Notes under the pieces: generated by a model
The model's input: only the letters and a program-made list of their open reading frames with translations
The model's database searches: none
What the model was told of the DNA's origin: nothing
In this document: positions 50,190 through 61,103 of the stretch, piece after piece
Numbering within the stretch: position 1 is the stretch's first letter
Layout: each line of letters begins with the position of its first letter
NCBI GenBank assembly: GCA_963843575.1
Contig: CAWJKZ010000009.1
Span: 128,001-192,000, forward strand
DNA: 64,000 nucleotides
DNA from: an uncultured Acidobacteriota bacterium
GTDB taxonomy: Bacteria > Acidobacteriota > UBA6911
Reading direction: 5' to 3'
Made by a program: the position numbers and the translations under genes

Positions 50190-51740
50190 TCACGATCGAT
50201 CGAGCATCATGACCGTGAAGTCCTCGAACTTCCGTTTGCCGAAATAGGCGATAGGACGATAGCGCACGTTCGGCGGCAGGATCATCTCCGGCCTCTTCCC
50301 GTAAAGCACGGCATAGTCGGGCTGCAGGCGGGCCATGACGCGTAGGTGGTTCATGCGCTCCCTGCGTGAAAGACCGCGGGTCACAATCCCGGAAACGTCG
50401 ATGACCTTGAAATCGGTGAAGTAGGCGAAGGTTCCGACCTCGCTGAGCGCGACCGACGCGTTCCTGGGCAGGTTTTCCTTCGCCCAATCGGCGATGCCGC
50501 GGTAGGTGTCGTAGCGCGCCCCGTTCCAATACGCCGTGTCCGTGGTCGTGAGCTCCCGGACGAGGTCGGTCGTGCGGAGGGCGCCGTACGCGGCGACTAG
50601 CAAAAGGATCGCCGCGGCCGCCCCGAGCCGCAGTCCGGGCGACGCGGGCCGCCGGGCGGCCAGCAGGCTCGTGACTGTGAGGAAGCCGATGGCCGCCGAG
50701 GCCAGCATAAAGAACCGGCCGGAATAGAATTCCCAATTGTGGCCCTGGAACGATCCTATGAAGCTATACGCCAGGATCAACAGCCAGGGGTAGAGCAGCA
50801 GCGCGTAGGCGCAGGACAGGCGCTGCCGCAGATGCGGGTTGAGCAACGCCAGCGCGCTGAAGACCACCACCAGGATGTGGCCCGGCAGCGCGGGGTGGCG
50901 GGCGAATCCCCATGCATCGGCTGCGCCGAGGCGCGTGATGTAGTCGGCGGCGTTCACGAAGAACGGCGCGAATCGGCTCAGCCCGGACTTGGCGGACAAC
51001 GAATTGGGTACGAGCTCGCCGTAATAGAGCAGCGCGAAGCCCTCCCACAACGCACCGACCGCGGCGAACCAGGCCAGGTTCGTCGGCCTGCGCGTCTCTC
51101 GCGTCATCAGCAGGACCGGCAGAACCAGCAGCAGGGAATCGGGACGCACCAGGCAGGCGAGGGCGCCCATGACGTTGGCCGCCCGGCCCCGGCCGGCCTG
51201 GGCGGTCAGAACGAACGCGAGTTGAACCGTGATCAGCAGGTTGCTCTCCAGCCCGTAGTTGCCGTGCATGGTCCGGTCGAGCAGGAAGAGCAGGCCCAGG
51301 CACAAGGCCATGGGGCGCGGGAGCAGGCCCGCGCCGAGCCGGTAGAGGATCACCGCGGAAACACCGACCCAGACGAAGGCGGCCGCGTGCGCCGCCCGCG
51401 CCGTTTCCGTGCCCAGGAGCGTCAATCCGCCCAGCAGCAGGGTCTGCAGGGGAGAGGTGAACCCCCAGACCCGCTCCCCCTCGTTGAAGACCAGCCCGAA
51501 GCCGCGCGCGAGGTTGCGGGCGTATTGAAAGCTTATGTACGCGTCGTCGTTGGCTACCGGTTGATGCCGCGCGACGACAACCAGCATGGACGCCAGCCAG
51601 AGCAGGGCGGCGGTCCCCATGACGGCGTCGGCCACGCGGATCGTCCGGCCGGCGACGACGACACGATAGCCCTCGTCGAGCGGAATGGCCGGAGCGGACA
51701 CAACCGCGCGCGAGGGTCGTCTGGACTTCCTGGGACGCAT
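50190..51740 (-). CDS. GT-C fold membrane glycosyltransferase (AftB-like)
   Basis: [49 protein letters not shown]. Confidence 0.82.
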   Translation of the reverse strand: MRPRKSRRPSRAVVSAPAIPLDEGYRVVVAGRTIRVADAVMGTAALLWLASMLVVVARHQPVANDDAYISFQYARNLARGFGLVFNEGERVWGFTSPLQTLLLGGLTLLGTETARAAHAAAFVWVGVSAVILYRLGAGLLPRPMALCLGLLFLLDRTMHGNYGLESNLLITVQLAFVLTAQAGRGRAANVMGALACLVRPDSLLLVLPVLLMTRETRRPTNLAWFAAVGALWEGFALLYYGELVPNSLSAKSGLSRFAPFFVNAADYITRLGAADAWGFARHPALPGHILVVVFSALALLNPHLRQRLSCAYALLLYPWLLILAYSFIGSFQGHNWEFYSGRFFMLASAAIGFLTVTSLLAARRPASPGLRLGAAAAILLLVAAYGALRTTDLVRELTTTDTAYWNGARYDTYRGIADWAKENLPRNASVALSEVGTFAYFTDFKVIDVSGIVTRGLSRRERMNHLRVMARLQPDYAVLYGKRPEMILPPNVRYRPIAYFGKRKFEDFTVMMLDRS

Positions 51741-51833
51741 TTCAGCGTTCTTTCGCGTTTGGAACCACGGCAGGTTTCCCGAGCCTCACCTAGAAGTCAG
51801 GCAACTCTCGACCGCCTCCGCGCCGGCCGGCGA

Positions 51834-53776
51834 TTATCGGGCCCCGTCCATGAGAAGCAACCCGCCCGAGATTCGTCCCGCTGGATCGATCGGACCCGGT
51901 TTCGATCTCGGGGCAGCCGTCGCCCGGATACCGGGCCCCGGCTGCCCGTTCGAGCTCCGAGAGACGCGGCCCCCGGGGGCCGAGATTGCGCTCCCCGCTT
52001 CGATCCGGGCCTTCTCCCACTCCTCGGGGTCGTGCCGCCAGATCTCGGTGTCGAGCATGGCCTTGGCGCCGAAGGGCTGCTTGTAGACGACCCGGTTGAC
52101 GATCTTGTCGGACGCGGCCTTGCCGCCGCTCTTGCCCTCCAGCAGCCAGAAGTACTCGTAGTCCTGGAGCCCGCGGCGCTGCGCTTTCAGCCGGATGCTC
52201 GGGATCGGCTGGTCGTAGCCCATCACCTGACCCCGGTAGATCAGCTGGCCCGAGCCGTTGTATATGCGTTCCGGCTCCTTGAAGTTTTCCGCCTCGTACC
52301 ATGCGGCGAAGGCGTTCCAGTCGAATTCCCACTCCACCCAGCCGGAGCGGTACTTCCAGCCGATCCAGCCGATCGCGCGGTTGACGAGCAGTTCCAGGTC
52401 GAGGAAGGTGTTCGAGCCGCACCCGGAGTTCTTCCGCTGTTCGTAGATCATCGGGCCGTAAAACCAGGTGTCGACCCCTCGCTGCCGGTACCGGGCGACG
52501 CGGTCCGGATCGTATTCGACCGTGTGGCACACCAGGAGCTCGACCTCGGCGGCGAGCTTGTCCATCACCGCCGGCTCGTATCCGCCGTCGATGCGGTACT
52601 TGAACCAGCCCCGTCCCATCGCGTCGTGGAGGAGGCGCCCGTAGTAGATCATCTTCTCGTACGACTCTTCGTTGTAGGACTCGTCGAGGCCGTTGAGGAA
52701 CGCGATCTTGGTGACCTTGCGCCAGTGCGGGTCGGCATCCAGGTGGGCGCGGATCTGTCGCCCGGTCTCCTTCCAGACCGCTTCGTACTCGGGCGTCCGG
52801 CCCGCGGCAGGGAGATCGACCGGCCAGGCGGTGCCGTGCTTCTTCTTCACGTCGAACGGGAGCATGACGTGGTCGAGCGGCAGCCCTATCCCGGTCCCCA
52901 GTACCCGTGCTTGCCGGTGAAGGCGGTGCCGTCGAGGTAGCGCGACAGACGGCGGTCGTATGCCGTCCAGTCGATCTGAACACGGGTGCCGTCGACCTAC
53001 AGGTCGGGGCGATAGGCGTAAATCAGCGGCAGGAATCGATGCTGGTGGGCAAGCTGGTAGTAGAGCAGTTCCTCTGCCGCGGGCATGCCCTTCATGGAGC
53101 CGTTCCAGATGTCGCCCGGGAGGTGGTTTTCCTGCGGGAGCGCGAAGTCCCACACGTCGAGCGTTACCCGGAGGCTGTCCCTGCCCCCCTGCCAGGAGAC
53201 GTTCACGTTGCCCGAGTAGCGCCCTGGAGGCGCCGCTCCGCGGTCGTACGGCACGAAGATGTCCACCCACACGGCATGATTCCGCTGGCTGGGTATGTTG
53301 TTGTGCAGGTCGGGTATCGAAAACGGGAAACCGCTGTTCAGCCCGGCCTTCCGGTAAGGCATGAGGGCGTCGGGATACCAGTCGGGCCCGAGGGAAGTCT
53401 TTTCGTAGCCGGTGGACGGACGGCGCACCTGCGTGTACCACTCCTTGAACAGGGCGACGTTGGGCCCCGCGAGCCGTGCACCCTGGGCATGCGCCAATCC
53501 GATGGGCTGTACATCGATGGCGTCGCGCGGCCCGTCTGTTTCCACGATGACCTGGAAGGCGACAAACTCGTTGCGCGCGGCCTTCAGTGAAATGGTCCTT
53601 GCGGTGGCATCCCACACGGTACTGCCGGCGCGGGCATCGGGGTTGCCTTCGAAAACCTTCCCGGTGACCGGGCTGACGCGCACCCAGTCGCCCGCAGCCC
53701 ACACCCGTACCCCTGAATCCTGGGCCGCTGCGGCTGTCGCCGAGGCAATCACGGCCAGGCAGATTATCCGGAACAT
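51834..53776 (-). CDS. Secreted GH123-like / DUF4091 domain protein, frameshifted near 52920-53000
   Basis: L.AARNEFVAFQ, WYPDAL.P, VWVDI.VP, VWDFALP; C-part GSGQLIY.G, PSIRLK..RRGLQDYEY. Confidence 0.75.
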
Positions 53777-54001
53777 AGCGGTCCTCTATAGCGAACTGTG
53801 AACACGATTGACGGCAAATGCCGGGCAGCCATTGGAATCTGGCTTCTTACTTTGAGTCGAATGAAGCCCGATCAGGCTGGATCGGTCCTCCGGATCCCAA
53901 AGACGCAGCAACGGCGTGCCGGACAGGTTTCGATTCTAATACCAAAGCAGGCTGCGGATTCCACGGAACAGTGAAATCCGTGCCCTGCAATCCCGCGAGA
54001 T

Positions 54002-54370
54002 TCAGGCGTTTGCGAAATTCTTTGCGTAGCGCGGCTGGTAAAGCTGGATTGAAAAGCCGCCCGGTGCTCTGAAATGGGTCACGAGGCCGTAGCCGCGGTC
54101 CTCGATGTCTCCGACGAATTCGACCCCTTTGGCCTTCAACTCGGAAACCGTTTGGCAAATGTCGTCGCAGTAGAACGAGACATCGTGCGTGCCGGAGGGG
54201 GCGCCGTCGGTGTCACTCGCCGGGTGGCAGCCCATGTCGGCTTCCGGCACCTCGAATATGAGCCAGCCGTCACCCACATCCGTGGCCCGGAACTGAAGCT
54301 TGTCGCGGAGAAAGGCGCGCAAGGCCTCCGGTTCCGACGTGTAGAACATGGCATGAACCCCTCTGATCAT
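54002..54370 (-). CDS. VOC/glyoxalase family protein
   Basis: MIRGVHAMFY, DVGDGWLIF, SFYCDDI..TV.ELK.KGVEF. Confidence 0.85.
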   Translation of the reverse strand: MIRGVHAMFYTSEPEALRAFLRDKLQFRATDVGDGWLIFEVPEADMGCHPASDTDGAPSGTHDVSFYCDDICQTVSELKAKGVEFVGDIEDRGYGLVTHFRAPGGFSIQLYQPRYAKNFANA

Positions 54371-54427
54371 GTAGCCTCCCGTGCAGTGGCGCGCGGCGCG
54401 GAAAACGCCCGGACGCTCACGATCCAA

Positions 54428-54727
54428 TTAAAGCACAAGCGCCCCCGCCGGTCGAATCCCCTGCGGGGCGTTGGAGTCATCTTTCGCGCACGCATCGGAC
54501 GGTTCTATCTCGACGCTGTCGGGACCGGCGATCGCGGCGGTGATGGTCTCGGGTGGTTGCCCCATCCGGATGTGGAGTTGGCCGTCCCTCACCGTGCAGT
54601 GGTCCGTGTGGGCGGGATCGTCCCGCTGCGCGGCGTCGAAATCGACATGTCTCCAGTCACCCGCAGGCGCCCGTGCGAAATCGAGGCGGCGGTATGCCCG
54701 GCCGTCGGCGATCCTGTCCGGACACAA
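54428..54727 (-). CDS. Hypothetical protein or fragment
   Basis: 99-aa ORF, no recognisable motif. Confidence 0.25.
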   Translation of the reverse strand: MCPDRIADGRAYRRLDFARAPAGDWRHVDFDAAQRDDPAHTDHCTVRDGQLHIRMGQPPETITAAIAGPDSVEIEPSDACAKDDSNAPQGIRPAGALVL

Positions 54728-54829
54728 TCCTCGGACTGGTGTCGGAACGCCGCGACAGGAACGCGGCGCCGACAGGCTTCGGCAGAGACGCCGGTCCGCT
54801 TGTCACGATGTAGGTCGGGCGGCGCCCGC

Positions 54830-55349
54830 CTTCAGGCAACAGAAGGAATTCGGCCACCTCGTCGTCGCCCTGGCGATCTCGGTGTTCGCCATATTCCTGG
54901 CGCTGGTGATGCAGTTCAATCACGCCGTCAAGCCGTTCCTGGTGTTCGCGGCCGTGCCCTACGGGGTCGTGGGCGCGGTGATAGCGCTGGCCACGATGGG
55001 CACGCCCTTCGGGTTCATGGCCTTCCTTGGGATTATCAGCCCGGTCGGCGTGATCGTGAGTCACGTGATCGTGCTGTTTGACTTCATCGAGGAGGAGCAC
55101 GAGAAAGGAGAGCCCTTCCGGCAGGCCGTGCTGGACGCGGGCATCCAGCGCCTGCGCCCGGTCATGATCACGGTGGGGGCGACGGTGCTGGCGCTGTTCG
55201 CCCTGGCGCTCCACGGCGGGCCCTTGTGGCAGCCCCTCTGCTACGCGCAGATCGGCGGCCTGGCCGCCGCCACGTTCGTCACCCTGCCGCTGGTGCCCGT
55301 GATGTACGCGATTTTTGGCTTCGACCCGAAGATCGTGAAATGGGATTAG
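54830..55349 (+). pseudogene. C-terminal fragment of an RND (AcrB-family) permease
   Basis: LVMQFN...KP, GF.AFLG...GVIV.H.IVL.DFI, RLRPV.IT, W.PL....IGGL; no start and no N-terminal ~850 aa. Confidence 0.8.
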
Positions 55350-55486
55350 CTGACCGTTCCGGAGCGCAAGCAGCGAAAACGAATTAATGGTCAGCGTCCG
55401 CGCGCGCCGCTGGTGTCGACCTCATTGCGTCTCTCGCCGAAAACGCCGCTCCGGCGCTCGGAGCGCGGCTTGAGCCGCGCGTCCGT

Positions 55487-56032
55487 CTAGTCCGCGGACC
55501 GGATCAGGTCCTCGGTTTTGGCGGCGGCGAGCTTGCCGAGACGGTGGCAGACTTTCGCGTCGGTCCGCCCCAGGCGGATTTCAGAGCAGTGCAGCGGAGC
55601 CGTGGAGACCCACCACTGCCAGAACTCCCGGGCCTTACGGCCACAGATCTCTTTCGCCGCCTTTCTCTCCAGCTTCAGGTCGCCGGCATAAATGCCAATC
55701 GCCATGTGCCCGGCGGTGAGGAAGCCGCAGAGGTCTTTGTTGTTCAGTCCGCCCCCAAAGGCGCCGGCGAACCAGATCAAGTCCTCGGATTTCTTCATAT
55801 GTCGCAAGGCAACTGCCAAGCCGGATTCCGCTCAGCTGAATCCCTTGCCGAAGAAGTTTTCTACGTCTTTAGCCATCGCAGACTTGTTCACGATCGCGAG
55901 CTCTTCGGCGGACAATTCCTCCCGCAGATCGGGGCCTTTCGGCGGGGATTTTTCTTGCAGCCCGCAGGCACACGCAAACCGCGCCCCACAGAGGAGCAGC
56001 GGCGCGCTGCGGAGGATTTCTCTCCTGCGCAT
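55487..56032 (-). CDS. C-GCAxxG-C-C family putative redox protein with in-frame UGA (probable selenocysteine) and twin-arginine-like leader
   Basis: ORFs 55832..56032 and 55487..55819 are in one frame across TGA 55832-55834: KGFS-U-AESGL, then FGGG....DLCG.L, C and C. Confidence 0.78.
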
Positions 56033-56162
56033 ATCAATTCTCCCTGTTATGAAATCAGCCTATCACAGCAACTGGCAGGATGTGTGCGCAACTGACGGGA
56101 TCCGCACGCAAACGTCAACCTCCCGTGCGACGCAACTCGAAAGCGAGACGGCACCTCAAACG

Positions 56163-56561
56163 TCAACCGGCGAGAATCTTCAACCACACCTGGCGGGTGC
56201 GGGGGCCGTCAAACTCGGCGAGGAAGATGCCTTGCCAGGTGCCGAGCTGAAGCTTCCCCGCCGAAATGAAAACGAGCTGGGAGGCTCCGCTCAGGCTGGA
56301 TTTGACGTGCGCCGCGGCGTTCCCTTCCGAGTGCTCGTAGTTGTCACGCCAGGGCACCGCCTTCTCGAGCGCGCTCAAGACGTCGGATCGGACACTCGGA
56401 TCCGCGTTCTCGTTGATCGTTATGCCGGCGGTGGTATGCGGAACGAAAAGATGGCAGACGCCCTCCTGGATATTGCTGTGAGTCACGAAGCGCTCCACCT
56501 CGCCCGTTATATCCACCAAGCAGGCATGGCTGGGTGTTCGAATCTGTATCTGTTCGAGCAT
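56163..56561 (-). CDS. yjbQ: YjbQ/UPF0047 secondary thiamine-phosphate synthase family
   Basis: PHTTAGITINENADP.V, H.EGN..AH.K, LGTWQGIF..EFDGPR.R. Confidence 0.92.
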   Translation of the reverse strand: MLEQIQIRTPSHACLVDITGEVERFVTHSNIQEGVCHLFVPHTTAGITINENADPSVRSDVLSALEKAVPWRDNYEHSEGNAAAHVKSSLSGASQLVFISAGKLQLGTWQGIFLAEFDGPRTRQVWLKILAG

Positions 56562-56819
56562 CGTTCCCTCCTCACCCATCGTATCGGAACCGCCGCCGGA
56601 ACGACAATCCTTCAGGCCGGACGACAGAGTCCCGCCAGCTCCAGCACGAGCTCTTCGCGGTAATGCTCTGAAACGCGCAGCCTTCGAGGTGATGCATTCG
56701 GCTCACCCCAGAACGCTTCAAGGGTTCGCGGCGGTCTCCCGCTGCGCCAGGAAGTCGTGGCTGGACCCGGAAATCGATCTAAAATAAGGTCCCCTGCGTG
56801 AGGCCGTCCATCTTTAACG

Positions 56820-56960
56820 AACGGGTGAGCCTATGCCGACAGGGTAGCGTCTTTGTCGAAATCGGCGACCGGCGCGGCAGCTTCCCCGGGATGCTCGAGT
56901 CGCGCACGTTCCGGGTCGTTTTCGCGACCGCAGATCACGGCATCGGCGGCGGGCTCACAA
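56820..56960 (+). pseudogene. Possible C-terminal fragment of a GH31 (DUF5110) glycosidase
   Basis: IGDRRGSFPGMLESRTFRVVF....HG.G. Confidence 0.5.
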
Positions 56961-58389
56961 GGGACGCGGGCAGGGAAGCCAGCGCGCTCCCGCTGCACGT
57001 GCCGATGCTCCCCAGCACGGCCACCGGGAGGTTGGACTGAATGCGCAAGTATCCGCTCTGCATCTCCTTGTCGACCAGGCCGACAAACCTCGCGGCCGGG
57101 GAGAGGGAGATCGTGCGGGGTGGGGCGGCAAGCCGTCCCTCCGCGTCCAGCAACTCCACCGTGACATCTGTCTGGACGGTCAACAGCTCGTTCGGATTCG
57201 CTATCGCGTAACCCGTGAAATAATCGTTATTGCTGACGACGAAGGGCAGCGTCCATGCCAGGGATGCTGCCGTGGTGATGGGACACAGCATCGCGGCCGC
57301 GTTGCCATCGGAATGGATGTCGACATCGCCGATGACCTGGAACGCGCTTCCGCCGGCCGCGCGGATTCGAATGTGCCCTGTGATCAACGGGGGCGGGAAG
57401 ACGGCGGGAACCACGACGCGGAACAGCGACAGGACATCCTCGCGAATTCCTCCCCCTGGTTCCAGGCTCCGGCGCGCGATGCTGCCGATGCCGTTGCCGC
57501 GATCGTCCAGCGCCTGCAATTCCAGATCCAGCGGGGTATCGCCGGGGTTGATCAGGTTCAACACCGAGCGATACAGCGTGGCGCTCCCGGCTGCGAAGTG
57601 GCCTGCCAGCGCCAGCGACACCGGGACAACCTCCCCGGCCGCCCGGCCCCGAAGCAGGCGGCGGCTGAGAGGGGTTTCGACCTGGAGCCAGGACGCCAGC
57701 CCCGCGTCCGAGAGCACCTTCATGGAGCCGTCGAAAGTCCGGCCCCCCAGGTTGTTTGACGGTAGCGCGTCCCGAAAAGACTCTGAGACACGAATCGTCC
57801 GGCTGCCGGAGCGTGGGATCGAGAGTGCCAGGCTGCCGGCGGTGCGGCCATCCATGCCGATCAGCTCCAGCCGCGCGTTGGCCGCCGCATTGCCTGGATT
57901 CACGAAGGTGGCGAGAGTGTCCGTGTGATACAGCTCGAGGAATCCCGTGTTGACGGCGATGTGTTCGAGGAAATTTGCCGCGGCCGGCTGCGACACCGGC
58001 TCAGTGCCATCCAGGATACTGTCTGTTCCCGATGTCAAATAACCGAGCAGTCCGGGCTCCGCCGATTCGATCCGGATCCAACCGTCCGGCGGTTCACGAG
58101 GGAGGCCCAGGATTTCCCGGACCAGGAGGGCGCGCTGGGCGCCCGGAAGAAGAGATACACTTCCCGTCCTGACGCCGGTCCCTTCCGCATTTGTCCAGGT
58201 GACCGTCGCCTCGTTCGCGGTCCTCGCCGTGTTCACCAGCGACAGGCCGACAAATTCGTTTTCGCCCGAGTCGAAGATCGGAAAGAGTAAAGACAGCGAA
58301 GGGTCTACCGCCGGTGACGGCGCAATGCCGGCCGCAAGCCAGCAGAGGATCCAGGCGCCGAACTGGAGGATCTTCCGCGAGATGTCCAT
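56935..58389 (-). CDS. Secreted hypothetical protein with repeated beta-sandwich-like modules (Acidobacteria type)
   Basis: Signal peptide; four repeats of the T/S-G-x-A/S-L/I-x-N-P ... L.P...G.(I/L)RI pattern. Confidence 0.7.
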   Translation of the reverse strand: MDISRKILQFGAWILCWLAAGIAPSPAVDPSLSLLFPIFDSGENEFVGLSLVNTARTANEATVTWTNAEGTGVRTGSVSLLPGAQRALLVREILGLPREPPDGWIRIESAEPGLLGYLTSGTDSILDGTEPVSQPAAANFLEHIAVNTGFLELYHTDTLATFVNPGNAAANARLELIGMDGRTAGSLALSIPRSGSRTIRVSESFRDALPSNNLGGRTFDGSMKVLSDAGLASWLQVETPLSRRLLRGRAAGEVVPVSLALAGHFAAGSATLYRSVLNLINPGDTPLDLELQALDDRGNGIGSIARRSLEPGGGIREDVLSLFRVVVPAVFPPPLITGHIRIRAAGGSAFQVIGDVDIHSDGNAAAMLCPITTAASLAWTLPFVVSNNDYFTGYAIANPNELLTVQTDVTVELLDAEGRLAAPPRTISLSPAARFVGLVDKEMQSGYLRIQSNLPVAVLGSIGTCSGSALASLPASLVSPPPMP

Positions 58390-58611
58390 CGATCTGTTTC
58401 CGTTCGAATTCGGTGATAGGTGCTCTTTCCCCAATTGGTGTGATGAAAGTGTAGCGTGTTACCCAATGAGACTCAAAATCCCGCGTTCTGGTTCAATGGG
58501 CGGCGCGCCCAGGGATCCAGACACTTGCCCGCACAGCCCGAGCGCGTGTAGAGTCGCCCAATAAATCTCACGGATCCTCCGTGCAATCTGTGACAACGCG
58601 GGAGCTGCGAT

Positions 58612-59925
58612 ATGACAACCATCGGTCGGAGGGCGTTCGTCGGAGGGGCACTGGGGTCGGCTACGGCACTCTGGGTCAAGGCCGCACCGAGTGAAAAGGT
58701 CATCATCGGTGTCATGGGCACCGGCGGACGAGGCACGTACCTCGCCACCGCCTTCGCCCGGCGCGCCGACGCGGAGGTCGCCTACGTCTGCGATGCGGAC
58801 GCGCGTCGTGCGTCCAATGCGAAAGCTGCGGTAGCCGGCGTCCAGGGGCGCGAGCCCGTTGCGGTCCAGGACTTCCGCCGCATCCTGGAGGACCGGAGCG
58901 TGGATGCGGTCGTAAACGCGACGCCCGACCACTGGCACGGGCTGGGCACGATCCTGGCTTGCCAGGCAGGAAAGGACGTCTTTGTCGAAAAGCCGCTGGC
59001 GCACAACATCCGGGAAGGCAGACAGATGATCGCCGCGGCCCGGAAGTTCCGGCGTGTAGTCCAGGTCGGTACCCAGACCCGCAGCGCAGCCTATGCTCGG
59101 GAAGCCGTCGAGTACTTGCGCTCCGGTGCGTTGGGCGAGATCCGGCTCGTGCGCGTGTTCAACATGATGCAGCACGACATGATGAAGCGGGTTCCGGATC
59201 AGGATCCGCCTTCGGAGCTCGACTACGAGATGTGGTGCGGGCCCGCGGCCAAACCCCCTTACAACCCCGGGCGTTACTGGCTGAACTTCTTCGAATACAG
59301 CTGCGGGCCGATTCCAGGCGATGCCGTGCATCAGCTGGACCTGGCGCGCTACCTGCTGAATGACCCGGGACCGCCGCGCTCCGTGTCGCACAGCGGCGGT
59401 ATTCTGGTGCTGAAGGACGGCCGCGACACCCCGGACACGCAGGTGGCCGCCTTCGACTACGGCGGCTTCCGGCTGCTGTTTGAGTCTTCCCTCTGGACGC
59501 CGTATCTCACGAAGACGCCGATGGAACTGCGCGACCGCGATCGCTTCCCGGACTGGCCTTTTAACGGCACCCGCATAGAACTGCTCGGCACCCTCGGCTT
59601 CATGTACGTGGGGCGGCACGGCGACGGCTGGCAGGCGTTCGACTCGAAGGGAACTCTCGTCCGGTCGCGCTACGGGCGGCAGGGCGACCGGGAGCACCAG
59701 GACAATTTCCTCGAATGCGTGCGCACCCGCCGGGAGCCAAACGCGGATGTGGCGATCGGCCACCAGTCGACCCTGCTCTGCCACATGGCCAACGTTGCCT
59801 GGCGCACGGGCAACCGCACGCTCGAGTTCGACGCGGAGAGCGAAACCTTCAGGGAGGCACCGGAGGCGAACCGCTACCTGAGCCGCATCTACCGTGCGCC
59901 CTGGAAAATACCCGAGGGTCTGTAA
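58612..59925 (+). CDS. Tat-exported Gfo/Idh/MocA oxidoreductase
   Basis: GRRAFVG leader, GTGGRG, ATPDHWH, EKP, QVGTQ.RS. Confidence 0.9.
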   Translation: MTTIGRRAFVGGALGSATALWVKAAPSEKVIIGVMGTGGRGTYLATAFARRADAEVAYVCDADARRASNAKAAVAGVQGREPVAVQDFRRILEDRSVDAVVNATPDHWHGLGTILACQAGKDVFVEKPLAHNIREGRQMIAAARKFRRVVQVGTQTRSAAYAREAVEYLRSGALGEIRLVRVFNMMQHDMMKRVPDQDPPSELDYEMWCGPAAKPPYNPGRYWLNFFEYSCGPIPGDAVHQLDLARYLLNDPGPPRSVSHSGGILVLKDGRDTPDTQVAAFDYGGFRLLFESSLWTPYLTKTPMELRDRDRFPDWPFNGTRIELLGTLGFMYVGRHGDGWQAFDSKGTLVRSRYGRQGDREHQDNFLECVRTRREPNADVAIGHQSTLLCHMANVAWRTGNRTLEFDAESETFREAPEANRYLSRIYRAPWKIPEGL

Positions 59926-59936
59926 AAACCCCGGCG

Positions 59937-60698
59937 TCACTTTCTGCCGCGTCGCCGGGCTTCTTCGACGAGCCGCAGGTTCTCGGCGTGGTTCAGGCGA
60001 TACGGTTCCTTTTCGTACATCGACGTGTCGCCCCGCCGCAGCGCCTCCAGGTAGGCGATGTTGGCCCGGATATCGTCGTGGGTCAGCAGGTCTCCGTGTC
60101 CGGGCACGATGGTCGCACAGTCGTAGGCCAGGCAGTTTTTCAGGCTGTCGAGGTGCGCGTCGAGGTTTCCCGGGTCGACGCAGGAAGGAATCGGCCGTTC
60201 GGCGTTGTCGCCCGCGACGAGGACCCGGTCGCGGCGGTCGTACAAGGAGATGGAATCGGGGGTGTGGCCGGGCGTGAAGAAGAGTTCCGCGTCGAATTCC
60301 GGCAGGTCCAGGCGCTTTTCGAACGTCACCGTCGGCGGCAGCAGCCTGATTTCGCCTCTCCGCCAGCAGGCGTACTCCGCCAGGTCGGCCTCGCCGCGTG
60401 CCTCGAGGCGCTCCCGGCAGAGCCGGTGGCCGATGATGCGGGCGGCCGCGAACAGGCAGTTGCCCCACACGTGGTCCCAGTCGGCGTGGGTGTTCACGAC
60501 CACGACCTCCTCCCGGCCGCGCAGGAGGCCGGGAAGTGCCGGCCGCAGGGCGTCCGGGCCGAGATAGGTGTCGCAGACCAGGAGCCTCCGGCCCGCCTCG
60601 AGCGTGTAGACGTTGGTGGTCGTGCCGAAGCGCGAGGCGACCAGGTCGTCGAAAGTAAACACCCGGCCGCGGCTGCCGACCGAACGCGATATGAACAT
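59937..60698 (-). CDS. MBL-fold metallo-hydrolase
   Basis: THADWDHVWGN, TPGHT.DS, AGD, PGHG. Confidence 0.9.
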   Translation of the reverse strand: MFISRSVGSRGRVFTFDDLVASRFGTTTNVYTLEAGRRLLVCDTYLGPDALRPALPGLLRGREEVVVVNTHADWDHVWGNCLFAAARIIGHRLCRERLEARGEADLAEYACWRRGEIRLLPPTVTFEKRLDLPEFDAELFFTPGHTPDSISLYDRRDRVLVAGDNAERPIPSCVDPGNLDAHLDSLKNCLAYDCATIVPGHGDLLTHDDIRANIAYLEALRRGDTSMYEKEPYRLNHAENLRLVEEARRRGRK

Positions 60699-60731
60699 TC
60701 CATCCCTCCTGCTGAATGTTGGGCTGCGACG

Positions 60732-60757
60732 GTGGGCCGCGTCGGCCCGACGCGGCC
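60732..60757. repeat. REP-like palindrome
   Basis: GTGG followed by GCCGCGTCGG-C-CCGACGCGGC. Confidence 0.5.
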
Positions 60758-60807
60758 CTTTTCTGTCTTTAACCCTGCCGGGGCTGCGGTTCCCTCCAAC
60801 CGCCCTG

Positions 60808-61071
60808 TTACGGTCGTGCCTCGGCCCGTAATAGCAGCACCCAGTCGCGGCGCGGGTCGGCCGGGGGGTGACCCACCTCGACCCAGTCCTTGCCGCCGGC
60901 CGTCAGCCTCGTGACCGATCCGGACTGCAGCGCCCCGCCCTTGCGCGGATCGTACCAGCGGACCTAGTACGTGCCCAGTTCGCCCGTGACGGCGACGCCG
61001 GGGGCTTGCGCCCGCGCCGCCGCCGCGGAAATGGCTGCCAGGATTACGGCCGGGGCAAATCGCTTCGGCAT
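60808..61071 (-). pseudogene. Collapsed DUF5060/collagen-binding-domain glycoside hydrolase gene with internal TAG (not in the ORF track)
   Basis: MPKRFAPAVILAAISAAAARAQAPGVAVTGEL joined in frame to GTY*VRWYDPRKGGALQSGSV...PPADPRRDWVLLL; TAG at 60964-60966. Confidence 0.75.
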
Positions 61072-61103
61072 GAATTCCTCCTCCGGCAAAATGCAACAAT
61101 ACA

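Noticed and set aside
2008-60468. Long antisense or overlapping ORFs (e.g. 2008..4053, 29659..31602, 50739..52940, 58459..60468)
   Set aside because: Shadow frames of high-GC genes, with no motifs.
60964-60966. In-frame TAG as possible pyrrolysine (MttB genes nearby)
   Set aside because: It lies in a collapsed pseudogene at a variable position; the MttB genes have no amber codon and no pyl genes are seen.
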